From Porphyridium purpureum (lineage: Eukaryota), in the NCBI GenBank assembly GCA_008690995.1, contig VRMN01000003.1, forward strand, positions 248,001 to 312,000: a stretch of DNA of 64,000 nt, given 5' to 3'. The position numbers were made by a program, and so were the translations under genes. The stretch's first letter is position 1; every line of letters begins with the position of its first letter. This document shows positions 56,701 through 64,000 of this stretch, in pieces. Below the pieces are notes generated by a model. The model did not search any database and had not been told where the DNA came from. It saw only the letters and a program-made list of their open reading frames with translations.

Positions 56701-58777
56701 GCTCGCATGGAGGATGGAGAGTGACGAGCTTGTGTCTTTAATCTCAATACTCCGCGTGATGCCAACGCTTGACGTTACTTTACCGAGCCATGGTGTGCGG
56801 AGCAGTGGGCTGGCTTGTTCAGTATGGCTTGCGACTGTAGAGAGTGTCGGACTGATCATCCGCCATGCATTTGAGACTCAAAAATGGAGCGCAGTGTACT
56901 CGTTGCTGAATGATTCCATCAAGGATGAATTGGCACGTGCGCATGCTGAGCTGATGCACGTCGCGTTTTTGTTCGCCTACGAAGTTGAAACCAAAAGCTT
57001 GGCCCGCCGAGCTGGGACCAGCCCCGATTCCCAGTTTGAATCAGATGCTGTGGATCTGCTCCAGGCGTCTCTTTTGACCGCAAGCTGCTGTGGCAAAAGG
57101 AGTTCATGCAAACAGACGCTTCGGCATTTCTTTGACGTTGCGCAACAGAGCATCCTTAATGTGGCGTGCGCCCTATCATACACAGAGCAAGTGGTGGAGC
57201 AAGACGAGTTACGCGCGATACTGTTGCGCTGGTCTGACTGCAGTTCCAGCTCCGAGTCTAAACTCACCGGTAGCGATCTGTCCAGTGACTCATCGTGGCA
57301 CTGTGTGCTGCTTGCCAAGTCACGGAGTGCATCGGCATGGCTCAGAATGATGGACTCCGGGGGTGGTGCGCATAGATCCATCATGGCGGCTATTCAATTC
57401 ATACACAGTCACGTCTTTTCTGCCGTCACGCCTGACACAGGCAATGAAATGAACGGACTTCTGGAGGTAGAAGAGCGCTTCTGGGCGCGGTCCTTCTTTG
57501 ATGTCGCTTCATGTATGGTGGGCTACTTGACAGTCTTGGATGAAAGGCCTGAGGAAGCATGCAGAATGAATGCGGATGATGACGTTCATGCGGGTGATGC
57601 CGACCTTGTCGAAGAACACCTGTATGACATGATGGAACAGCTTAGCCGTGTGTTCCAAGTCGATGCACACGGTGCTCAACTTGGATGCTTGGAGTTTGCC
57701 CGAAGGCGCAGTTTCAAAAGCGGTAATCTTTACAAAGCCGTCGTGCGAGCGATGGATGAGCAAATCGATGCTGGATCTGGGGGCGGGCAAGTCTTCATAA
57801 CGGCAAATGCTGCAGTATTCGAAATGGTATTTGACCTTTTGCTAGCATGTCCATCATCAGAAGCCGGCCAAGTGGGGTCTCAGCTTAGCGCAAATTTAGA
57901 GCTTGTGGCACGCTTTGCTGCAAATGTGATTGTGGTACGCAGCAGCTCGGCCCCAGTTGCATTGATCGATGATATTGACTGCGATGACTTTGCTGAAGCC
58001 CGGATGCGTCGAGTTATCGGGCGCCTTAGCGAACAAGGAAGGGCTCAGATCGTGTCAAGCATTCTTTTTCAGCGCGTCCACCATTTGATTTCTGAAATGG
58101 GTCCTCTTTTTCTCACATTTCACATGAAAGCGCTCATGGACTTCTGCTTGAATTGGTTCGCTGACCTTTGCGCCGAACTTGGAACACTGTCTGTTGCGCA
58201 TTCCGAGACTGCTCTGGATTTTGTGGAGATCATGCACATTCTGCTGCTCAATGAGGACGGCGAAAGCCTGAGCGTGTTTCTGGCGAACAGCCGCGCTTTA
58301 CGCAAGTTTTTGGAAGGGGTCGGGAGCGAAAGAAGAGAAAGAAACAGAGAGGCGAACCTTGACGGCTTTTTGTGGGACCTGCTTATTGTCCTTCCGACTT
58401 GCCGTTTGCAGAGTGCAAAGAAACTGATTCTTGCAGGAGTCGCACGCATTGTGCAGGCCTCACCGACGCAGTTTTCTGATTTGATCATTCTCAGTAGCTG
58501 TGCATGGCTTGCTCGGTGCGTGGAAGAGAGAGCGAATCGGGACGCATTCCTGCATCCCGGGTTTACCGCTTCGAGCACGCAAACCGACGTGCCGTTCGGA
58601 ACACTAGTTGGTCGTCTCGACAAACGGCAACGTGAACTCTGGTCTGCATGGGTGGATGTTGTACCAGCGAGTGCCAAAGTCCGGCTCGAGCAACTATCCA
58701 GTTCGGATCCGCCGTCGGATGCTGCTGAGAGGGATCTATCGGCTGTCGGCCGCCTTTTCTCGTCGGAGTTCGAATGA
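50720..58777 (+). CDS. Very large (~2,685 aa) intronless hypothetical protein, probably alpha-solenoid/HEAT-like
   Basis: 8-kb uninterrupted ORF, Leu/Ala/Ser/Cys-rich amphipathic helices; no motif confidently recognised. Confidence 0.8.
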   Translation: MPCVNECEADGLAAAAALARALAVPRPSPVSVFRVLEQVEAFLGRASQCRKQCIRRPEAELLEQRMREENEEKEAQVAAHAAELAEAESKLARGGESTHAATEHQEHRRRLDEAERAEAMLKQQQQQEELAVDQTGRNAAYKGPLRALASSVVWCILRLGLVEGPLRIRAWKVIMRIGELSCTDDFERMCGDMMVYIKRPLDRLRTTRVARIKASMRLASVPRSLSAGSGSGSGEHAGSGSGTSPRLSGHNAAKASARANAILLKYVTAAVMASMVMARSNSTANVGIDQCRSESNILSSILSSFAKMKPEFLPAHDAAVLISMILHAYARCLVCDPSKSAIQVSDTALASVWDFARQNVAKHKSFSLLCLSIATLNFSRCEMHRTLNVAHHNKEAESGRHPGETHRNREAATAASLVAEKVDASSLFWGPYGRQDPSYTDELATLAVKSLAQCKSDTEGRVWSAVLWKSVLAQSTNALRIKIRMVVEDELLAIPNRTEKHAVVATLYMAPILKSLVFSIDATARHRFSAVVSTVRLLISHASMDQLRSLLDSVKNALHKCQLSHHCVADILVSSACVRAHGLSKLRALQRIVMHNLADWIRLGGIEATKGVAGNEHTDRNRHDFCIALSLSDRLTILTGCVSVENKDDLMRSEFIEKCLTSLVLRRNSRDELFASSQCRARCISFLVVLCKAAPVLLERTVCSLCDIMIAKVTTAASCLAALHAKDRKAIAQVQEFWARLGELESAATCFVKLLCARALQEPLFEPVFMRLDNVLETLMQFVMLRLSLSSDEFGKPSKPSICTGGSRMRTVLYVLMSALLELRFVSEKPDELGSYSSVSIGQDVFPCLRESLGLVPSLPVRGGSASLCGCMLATASLDELEVLQRERIAALHVLVGCPRLFTLKSQDGASSAIPQLRELICVGATRLLNICSRTLGACFSCPAHGLDLSASDPNVSNGGTVSNSAGVGGGSERKCVLLEKSADVALSRAQMRLIDYEGAALLVLMPRLSLTPAEPGAKSCFFLSMMLGQYAARCMPSYDSLSPSSLHCDVTPDANAAVFDPESPNSKYALLFSGLTIWDEIAQLVGMDSDLRQDYCAYQSDWNDQSRRRGDEPAALGANLPNELSALHGTVRKVINVLDCCVVDSIPPCADGRCGGGDPVHPFALLEYASKAAVSIFSSGELRVCGATLEHICTWLVPAQLDSVKNARGTLKAKGLSPVFGAAIALAVAQTLSLKELTHAGQVLSALQLLARSAMSWFAAQIVVLSSLTNGHVSEEGFVFVPSLQIWQLLARPAATSLTASMGIGARQFPIHLMHNSEWVASVGPECAIHAMGSVLAKECLRLLATKVGHELSLRLGQNLAASDALLSTGGQLASEGAGAAGALEWLPAAAASISVLNGFVLREFVAANLVEKRLEQRALLEWSRQLQAKSSSAAASSFSYSSKTSSKAAGLSVAGLPGGISSALAACRLPFNSHVVAQMAEPLLLGLHELLCDDRAKQVAVPLVDIDAGVDHHPQAFTPWGGDGASVEICRGALAVTLSLSMCVNHRGLSGEEHASGPDERSGAGTRGVTVKPSQSALEAAREIALVVLFHNTEPFGALARALAFRLLAEVWSLYNTLYFTPAGGEQKLCGPADSLPHARGDGERAYTDFDRSDTGLHAKDSAGLLPGALNLSQLCGSDRVGSRVLQRISMDLRMNEDAFWCANTYASMCRMSASAALQELVLCCGFLRVAEAHESCIVDLLAHACDDSSFFCTALSRSSEIQEQHMQSPTAISGAGAFRNIIVSIARRIDAASFGAWIECISTALRLDVDSEYGWRDGTPYTRTPGLVEHDLDVSHALEAFLLYLARNTLERLMDVAIDDESSEQMGKDSVLNRLAEDGLVFYVAYFESRTRLGFFDSGVYDSVPSAAVENALTQLLDGLAVLVLCPAFQSFALENGEGIEKVVSPCRLLITLAVKLIHCALGNVAHGRVTLQVASHALYLMRALLTRPDPLAWRMESDELVSLISILRVMPTLDVTLPSHGVRSSGLACSVWLATVESVGLIIRHAFETQKWSAVYSLLNDSIKDELARAHAELMHVAFLFAYEVETKSLARRAGTSPDSQFESDAVDLLQASLLTASCCGKRSSCKQTLRHFFDVAQQSILNVACALSYTEQVVEQDELRAILLRWSDCSSSSESKLTGSDLSSDSSWHCVLLAKSRSASAWLRMMDSGGGAHRSIMAAIQFIHSHVFSAVTPDTGNEMNGLLEVEERFWARSFFDVASCMVGYLTVLDERPEEACRMNADDDVHAGDADLVEEHLYDMMEQLSRVFQVDAHGAQLGCLEFARRRSFKSGNLYKAVVRAMDEQIDAGSGGGQVFITANAAVFEMVFDLLLACPSSEAGQVGSQLSANLELVARFAANVIVVRSSSAPVALIDDIDCDDFAEARMRRVIGRLSEQGRAQIVSSILFQRVHHLISEMGPLFLTFHMKALMDFCLNWFADLCAELGTLSVAHSETALDFVEIMHILLLNEDGESLSVFLANSRALRKFLEGVGSERRERNREANLDGFLWDLLIVLPTCRLQSAKKLILAGVARIVQASPTQFSDLIILSSCAWLARCVEERANRDAFLHPGFTASSTQTDVPFGTLVGRLDKRQRELWSAWVDVVPASAKVRLEQLSSSDPPSDAAERDLSAVGRLFSSEFE

Positions 58778-60094
58778 CGTGAACGTGTTTCTGATTCCAA
58801 ACCTCAATTCACCTGCAGCTCGGTCCGTACGTAGGGACATTTCTCCCAACACCAAGCCCGCACTTTTGTACGCCGAACACGCTCGCATGCACGCAGTTCC
58901 TTCCGGAGTCAAGCAGACCTAGCGCTCTCTGCTTGTGCGTGCGTGATCCTGCTTCTCCGGAACCGTACACCATGAGGCGTTCCGTGTCGTTCTACTCCCC
59001 ACTTGCTCGACTGCGAGCGGGGAGTTCCGTGTCTCCTTCACTGCAGCACGGCGACCGGCGATCAGCACCGACAGCCACGCATCTGGCACGCGTGCCATCT
59101 CGGCGCGACGCGCGCTGCTGCTGTGGTCGAGCCGGCGTATCGGTTCGAGAGTCACCCGCCAGCTCAGCGCGGCGTGGCGTGCGGCATACGTCGCTGCCGG
59201 TCGCTCAGCGCCAAAACAAGCAACAAAAACTCACCCAGCTGTACCGTGGCCGACAAGCAAAAAGCCGCTGACATCCGCTCACTGCTGGTCCTGAGGCGCG
59301 CGCGCCGTTCGGTTCCTAGCAAACGGCGCAGATTTACCACAAACGTGAAACGAGCGGCACCAGATGCGGGTTCCATTCGGGCCACCTCTCAGCTTGGCAT
59401 GCGGCCTTTCGGTGGAAAAGAAAAGAAATAATAATAATTCGGGTGGCGCGCTGCAGGACTATTGCCACTGTGCTTGCTAGCCTCTCGCCGCCGAACCGTA
59501 GCGCCGCGCAGAGTTGGTGGCTGAGCTGGAGCAGACACGCAGCGGCACAGTCGAGTTCCGTTGGACAGCGCACGCAGATCGAAGCGCGCACGTGCGTCTT
59601 GGCTTGGCTGGCGAGTACCTCTGCGCGACCATCTTACAACGTAGACCGCGGGAGCGACGTGGAGCGAATCAGAAAACCTGCTAGCGGTGCCGCCTCCTTT
59701 CTTTGTCTCGCCCGAAGGCTCTGATTTTTTCACCCGGCATCATCCTTTTTTCCTCGCGCGCGCTCGAGTCGGAGCGTGTGGCTCGATCGATTTCAGGCGC
59801 GCTTGATTGAATCTAGGCACATGCACACGCAACACGCGGAATCGGGAAGGAGGCGCAAGCTGGGTTATTGGGCAGGCGTCCATTTACGTTGAACTCACAA
59901 AGGCCCTGACAAGCGGAGCGCCGGCCAGGACGTGTTTCATGTTGCCTTGAACGGACAAGGAACGGAGCGGACGGCAAACTCGACAATTGACCTGAAGACA
60001 AGAGTTTCGCGGCCAATTTTCAGTGTGGGGGGCGTTGCTATGAACGAGCTGTGAGTCAAACCAGGGAGGTCGCGTCATAGATAGCTTACAAGTC

Positions 60095-60919
60095 ATGGAC
60101 TCAGCAACACCATACCTCGTGTTGGGAAAGTACACAGATTGGTTTGGAACAACCGCCAGAATATTTGGCGTGGAATGGCCTTTAGCGCTACTTGGCTGGC
60201 TTGGCTTCGTGATCAGCTTCCATGTGTTTGCAGGCTGTTGCACACTGATCGAGCAGCCGCTCCTCGATAAGTACGCCTGGCCGCAGTTCCTGCGAAGATT
60301 CAGGATGCACTTCAAAGGTCGCAAGGGCTACCTCGAGATGATGCCGCTCGTTCTTTTCAATCAGACGTTTGTCCTACTTCCATGCGTGCTGCTGGTGGGC
60401 CACAAAGGCTGGGGATTTTGCAGTCAGTATGCGCTGCTGAGTCTGTCAACGTTGTGGCGCGTCCCAATCGCCTTGTTTGGGATGTCACTAGGACATGACG
60501 TCGTGTTCTACATCGGGCATCGGTACATTTTGCACACGCATTGGGGCCTCCCAATCTTTCGGCACGACGTGCACCACTCAACCAAGGCGGCGGACGCGGT
60601 CTCGGCGCTCTTCATGCATCCGTTCGACTTTTTCGTCGAGATCGTTCTCCCCTACTTGGTGCCGTATGTGTTGATCGCGCCTCTGTCGACCAGTCTGCTG
60701 GACGTCTTCATTCCGGTTCTCGGTGTGGTTGGCGGAACGTATGAGCACTCTGGGTTCAATTTTTGGCCGGATATCACGGTTCTGGACACGCGCTTCCACG
60801 CCGCCCACCACATTAAGTGGAGCGTGTCCTACTCGGATGGAGTGGGTTCCACCAACCTCATGGATGCGCTCATGGACACGGCGGCCACCATCGAGAGCAA
60901 CGCGCTGCTCGGTCACTAG
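60095..60919 (+). CDS. Fatty-acid hydroxylase / sterol desaturase (methylsterol oxidase-like) family protein
   Basis: His boxes HDVVFYIGHR, HDVHH, HPFD, EHSG and FHAAHH. Confidence 0.88.
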   Translation: MDSATPYLVLGKYTDWFGTTARIFGVEWPLALLGWLGFVISFHVFAGCCTLIEQPLLDKYAWPQFLRRFRMHFKGRKGYLEMMPLVLFNQTFVLLPCVLLVGHKGWGFCSQYALLSLSTLWRVPIALFGMSLGHDVVFYIGHRYILHTHWGLPIFRHDVHHSTKAADAVSALFMHPFDFFVEIVLPYLVPYVLIAPLSTSLLDVFIPVLGVVGGTYEHSGFNFWPDITVLDTRFHAAHHIKWSVSYSDGVGSTNLMDALMDTAATIESNALLGH

Positions 60920-61137
60920 TCCATTTTCCAGAGATGCAAAGCGTGTAACCATAGGTTTATATCCTGTTTGTTACGCGTTCCCGACGCGCGCCAGGACGAC
61001 ACCGAATAGCCGGGCGCCTCTTTCGTTCGCGCCTCGCTCTCGCGACGCCTTTCTTCCTCTATTCGTTTTGAAACGACTCCTTCATGTAAAGACGTCGCGC
61101 ACAAAAGAATACTGCGTGCCATTCATCAAACCGAAGG

Positions 61138-61821
61138 ATGAGTCTCGTCCGTGCTCTTCGAGCTGTGTCTCTCTGGCAAAGATTGACTCGTTCAAGTACC
61201 ACACTGCTTTGCGGTAGCTATGGTGACCGGGGCGCTGGCCTGAACGGACGAGGGTCGGTTCCTTCTCGCAGCGACATAGGGCCTCGATTCAGTTCTGCCG
61301 CGAACGAGGACGAACAAGCTGTACTGGATCCGCCAGAGCAGTCCCAACACGAACCCGGTCCGCAAGTTGTTTACGAGGGACCCTTTCCGGGCGCTGTGCG
61401 CGGAACCAAGATTTTGTCGGTGAGCTCGTGTTTCCTGACGACCGTGGGGTCACCTCTGCTCGCGATTGGTGAGCCATCTGTGCGCGGCTTTGGATTAGCA
61501 ATTGTTTTCATGCTGTTTGGGTTTGGTACCACAAGTGCGCTGCATTATCTGGTGAAGCCGTACGTTCGCCGCATAAGCTTTGATTATGCCTCGCAAGGTC
61601 ACGCCGTGAATCCGCAGTTTGGGGTTGAGAGACTAAGTTTCTTTGGTCGGTCCAAATGGACCACAGTGCGGGCGGCCGAGCTCGAGCAGCCAACCAAGCA
61701 GCTCCGGCCCATGTGCAACCTGTACGCAGGCAAGGTGCCGCTGTTCGTCGAGTTTGACCTCTTCGAGGACAAGCAACTTCTCAAGACGTTGCTTTCGGCC
61801 CGGACAGTCGCGTCATCGTGA
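61138..61821 (+). CDS. TMEM70: TMEM70-like mitochondrial ATP synthase assembly factor
   Basis: Presequence; VYEGP...VR..K.LS.SS; two TMs; TT..LH...KPYV.RI. Confidence 0.75.
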   Translation: MSLVRALRAVSLWQRLTRSSTTLLCGSYGDRGAGLNGRGSVPSRSDIGPRFSSAANEDEQAVLDPPEQSQHEPGPQVVYEGPFPGAVRGTKILSVSSCFLTTVGSPLLAIGEPSVRGFGLAIVFMLFGFGTTSALHYLVKPYVRRISFDYASQGHAVNPQFGVERLSFFGRSKWTTVRAAELEQPTKQLRPMCNLYAGKVPLFVEFDLFEDKQLLKTLLSARTVASS

Positions 61822-61956
61822 AACAACCATTTTACGACAGTGAATAGATTGCAGCGTGATTCTGCATGGCTGGGAGTCACGTTGCTGGGAAGGGTGCAGT
61901 AAATGAGAGAGAGAGCTTTCGGTGAAGATGCTGGTGATTTCTTCTCGTAAAATTCC

Positions 61957-62642
61957 CTATGATTTGCCAGACCGAGACGAATTTCCACAGTCTTTGGAGT
62001 GCTCGACAGCGGCGGCATGTTGACTCGCGAGCAGCGGATCGTTTCGTGCCATTTCGAAGAGCTCTCTTTGCTGACGTAACATTTCCTCTCGAGACAAGCC
62101 CGATTTGTCCGCGTTTCTATTCCGTTTGCTGGCCTTCTCGTCTCCGCGATATTGTTCGTAGGCTTCGTATAGTTGATCGTGGTACTCTGCGCGCGCGTAT
62201 GAAATGAAAGTACAACAACACAAGGAACTCAAACGGATATTAGATCAGATCTGTGGCACGCTAGCGTTTCAGATTTTGAAAGGAAAAGACGCATTGAGAA
62301 AAAGAAGCTCACGGTTCATGGCGCGAAGTCCCATGTGGCCAAAGTGCTCCGCGACGCTCCGAGCAACGTACCTTCCAGACCGAGCTCGCGCAGCGCCCGC
62401 AGGATATGCTCGGGAGTGATTGTCTTGCGCGAGTCCTTCTCACAAATCTCATTTGCCTGCGAGCTGATCATTTGCACAAATTCGGTGCAGCACTGGGCAA
62501 GAAGCTCGCGCACCTCGGCCGACAAGCGCATATCGACCGCTGCAGCGATGTCATTCGAAAACTTGTTCACGGTCGCCTTGGGCAGCGCGACGTCGTCGCT
62601 CATGCGCCCGCCCCAGTCTTCCTGCTCATCGTCAGAATTCAT
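61957..62642 (-). CDS. DR1: Negative cofactor 2 beta (Dr1), two exons: 62642-62372 and 62186-61957
   Basis: DDVALPKATV.K, CC.EF...ISSQANEIC...KTI.PEH; GTACGT..CAG intron at 62371-62187; EEMLRQQRELF..AR. Confidence 0.92.
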
Positions 62643-62799
62643 CGAGTCGCCGCATCCACGCAAGAGCGCCCTCCTCGTCCCACCAATTTGTTTCACCTTT
62701 ACAAAACGAGCAAACGCGCGCCTATCTTCTACTATAAATTGACTGCGGCTTTCCAGGAAACAAAACGTCGTGAATGCGCGGTTCTCAACTCGGGCGTGA

Positions 62800-63999
62800 T
62801 CAGAACTCCGAGCGCGCCTTGACGTAGGTGGGAGCCCGCTTGTGAGACAGTTCTGGCTCCGCGAAAAAGCCCAGCAAAGCTTGAAGTTGGCGAAGAAGCC
62901 GAATGCCAGACACAACAACTTGTACGCCATCCACATCGATTTTAGAGCGTGGCATCCTATTCAACGAAGTCAAATACACAAAATCAGGCAGGCCAGAATG
63001 GTCTGTGGCTCCAGCAGAGCCGGTCTTGGCCTTCGCACTCTCGGCATCTCCACTGTTGTCATTCTCTGCGTCGCTGTCACTGTCACTGCAGTCCTCATCC
63101 TTGTCCAAATTTCTGCTTACTCTTCTTTTTTTGACCTCACGATCAGTTTGGTGGACTCCACCAGGGGCACCGCGCAACGTGTAACGTTGCAGACGCATGT
63201 GTACGCGCACGAGTTGTTTACCATGTTTCCATAACCGCATGATTCGCTGCGCCGGGCTTTGTGACGCATATGCGGGGAGTAAAGTGTCCAGCATGCGCGG
63301 AAACGATTCAAGAGCTTCAATTCTGGACCGTGCCAGTTCCGCGATGGAATTCATGGATAGAGACGCAGAATCATCAAGCTCCAGCATTTTGGCGATTTTC
63401 TTCATGGCTTCCAAAGCCTTCGCATTGACTCGGAACATTCGTACTTGAACTCCAGAAGCATGCTCGGCAGTACTCCTCAAAGTGCTCGCATCGTCATGTG
63501 CAGAGGGGCCAGCGTCTTGAGATGCTAAACCCATTGTTCCAGGCCTTTTCCTGCCTATCCTTATATCGAGTGAATCATCCTGACGCCCTCTTTTCCGGCG
63601 AGATTTGAAGTCTGACGGCGAAGTGCTGATTCCTTTTGAGAGAGCTAGAGACTCAGAAACACCGTAGTCTCGTAAAGCTCGCAAGCAGCATCGTAGAGCC
63701 ACATTCTCATCACACTGCGATGTATCCGCCTCAGGATCTGAGCGAGCGGTGCAGAAGAGAAGGTCAAGAAGGCGCCGGTAGGCTTGAATATGCTCGCTTA
63801 GTTGGTCGATCGGTACGTTACGCGTCAAAGGTAGAAAGGACCGAATGATCACAAGCTCATTTGCGTGAGAAGCGGTGAGCGTCAAATACCGCTGCCCAGC
63901 AGTTTTCATAATAAAGCTTACTTGATCAGATTCCCCAACCCCCTGCACCACCTCGTCTGAGATCTGGAGTTGCTCCTGCAGTCTATGAATCGCAGTCTT
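62800..63999 (-). CDS. 3' part of a hypothetical protein (continues beyond the right edge)
   Basis: Frame open from the window edge to the stop at 62800; basic NLS-like and acidic segments. Confidence 0.6.
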   Translation of the reverse strand, partial: KTAIHRLQEQLQISDEVVQGVGESDQVSFIMKTAGQRYLTLTASHANELVIIRSFLPLTRNVPIDQLSEHIQAYRRLLDLLFCTARSDPEADTSQCDENVALRCCLRALRDYGVSESLALSKGISTSPSDFKSRRKRGRQDDSLDIRIGRKRPGTMGLASQDAGPSAHDDASTLRSTAEHASGVQVRMFRVNAKALEAMKKIAKMLELDDSASLSMNSIAELARSRIEALESFPRMLDTLLPAYASQSPAQRIMRLWKHGKQLVRVHMRLQRYTLRGAPGGVHQTDREVKKRRVSRNLDKDEDCSDSDSDAENDNSGDAESAKAKTGSAGATDHSGLPDFVYLTSLNRMPRSKIDVDGVQVVVSGIRLLRQLQALLGFFAEPELSHKRAPTYVKARSEF

Positions 64000-64000
64000 A

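Noticed and set aside
22166..60919. Sterol/lipid gene cluster (squalene synthase, LPAAT, Hint protein, sterol desaturase-like)
   Set aside because: The genes are tens of kb apart and interspersed with unrelated housekeeping genes; no sign of real clustering.

Overview
Eukaryotic nuclear DNA: gene-dense, GC-rich and almost intron-free. Plastid-type transit peptides, DapL, an ascorbate peroxidase and a Hedgehog-type Hint protein fit a unicellular red alga such as Porphyridium (inference, not proven). The first ~12.8 kb is a nested mobile-element structure. A ~1.55-kb Tc1 (DD34E) DNA transposon (26-bp imperfect TIRs, TA target duplication) has its transposase split by a head-to-tail pair of intact Ty3/gypsy LTR retrotransposons. 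The pair shares a central LTR (three 293-bp LTRs, 5163-bp period) and is flanked by a single CATGG target-site duplication, yet the two internal regions differ at many synonymous sites. The remaining ~51 kb holds about 30 host genes: RUVBL2, a Pro-Thr-repeat leishmanolysin-like protease, a RING protein, squalene synthase, PTH2-like, DapL, an SLC35/TPT transporter, SEUSS/LDB-like, FBXO9-like, bL34m, LPAAT, a C2H2 factor, TAF12, mL43, inositol monophosphatase, the Hint protein, two CCHC proteins, APX, SKA1, CSN1, a ~2,685-aa orphan, a sterol desaturase-family enzyme, TMEM70 and NC2beta. No rRNA, tRNA or CRISPR was recognised. All calls come from motif recognition by eye, with no database searches.
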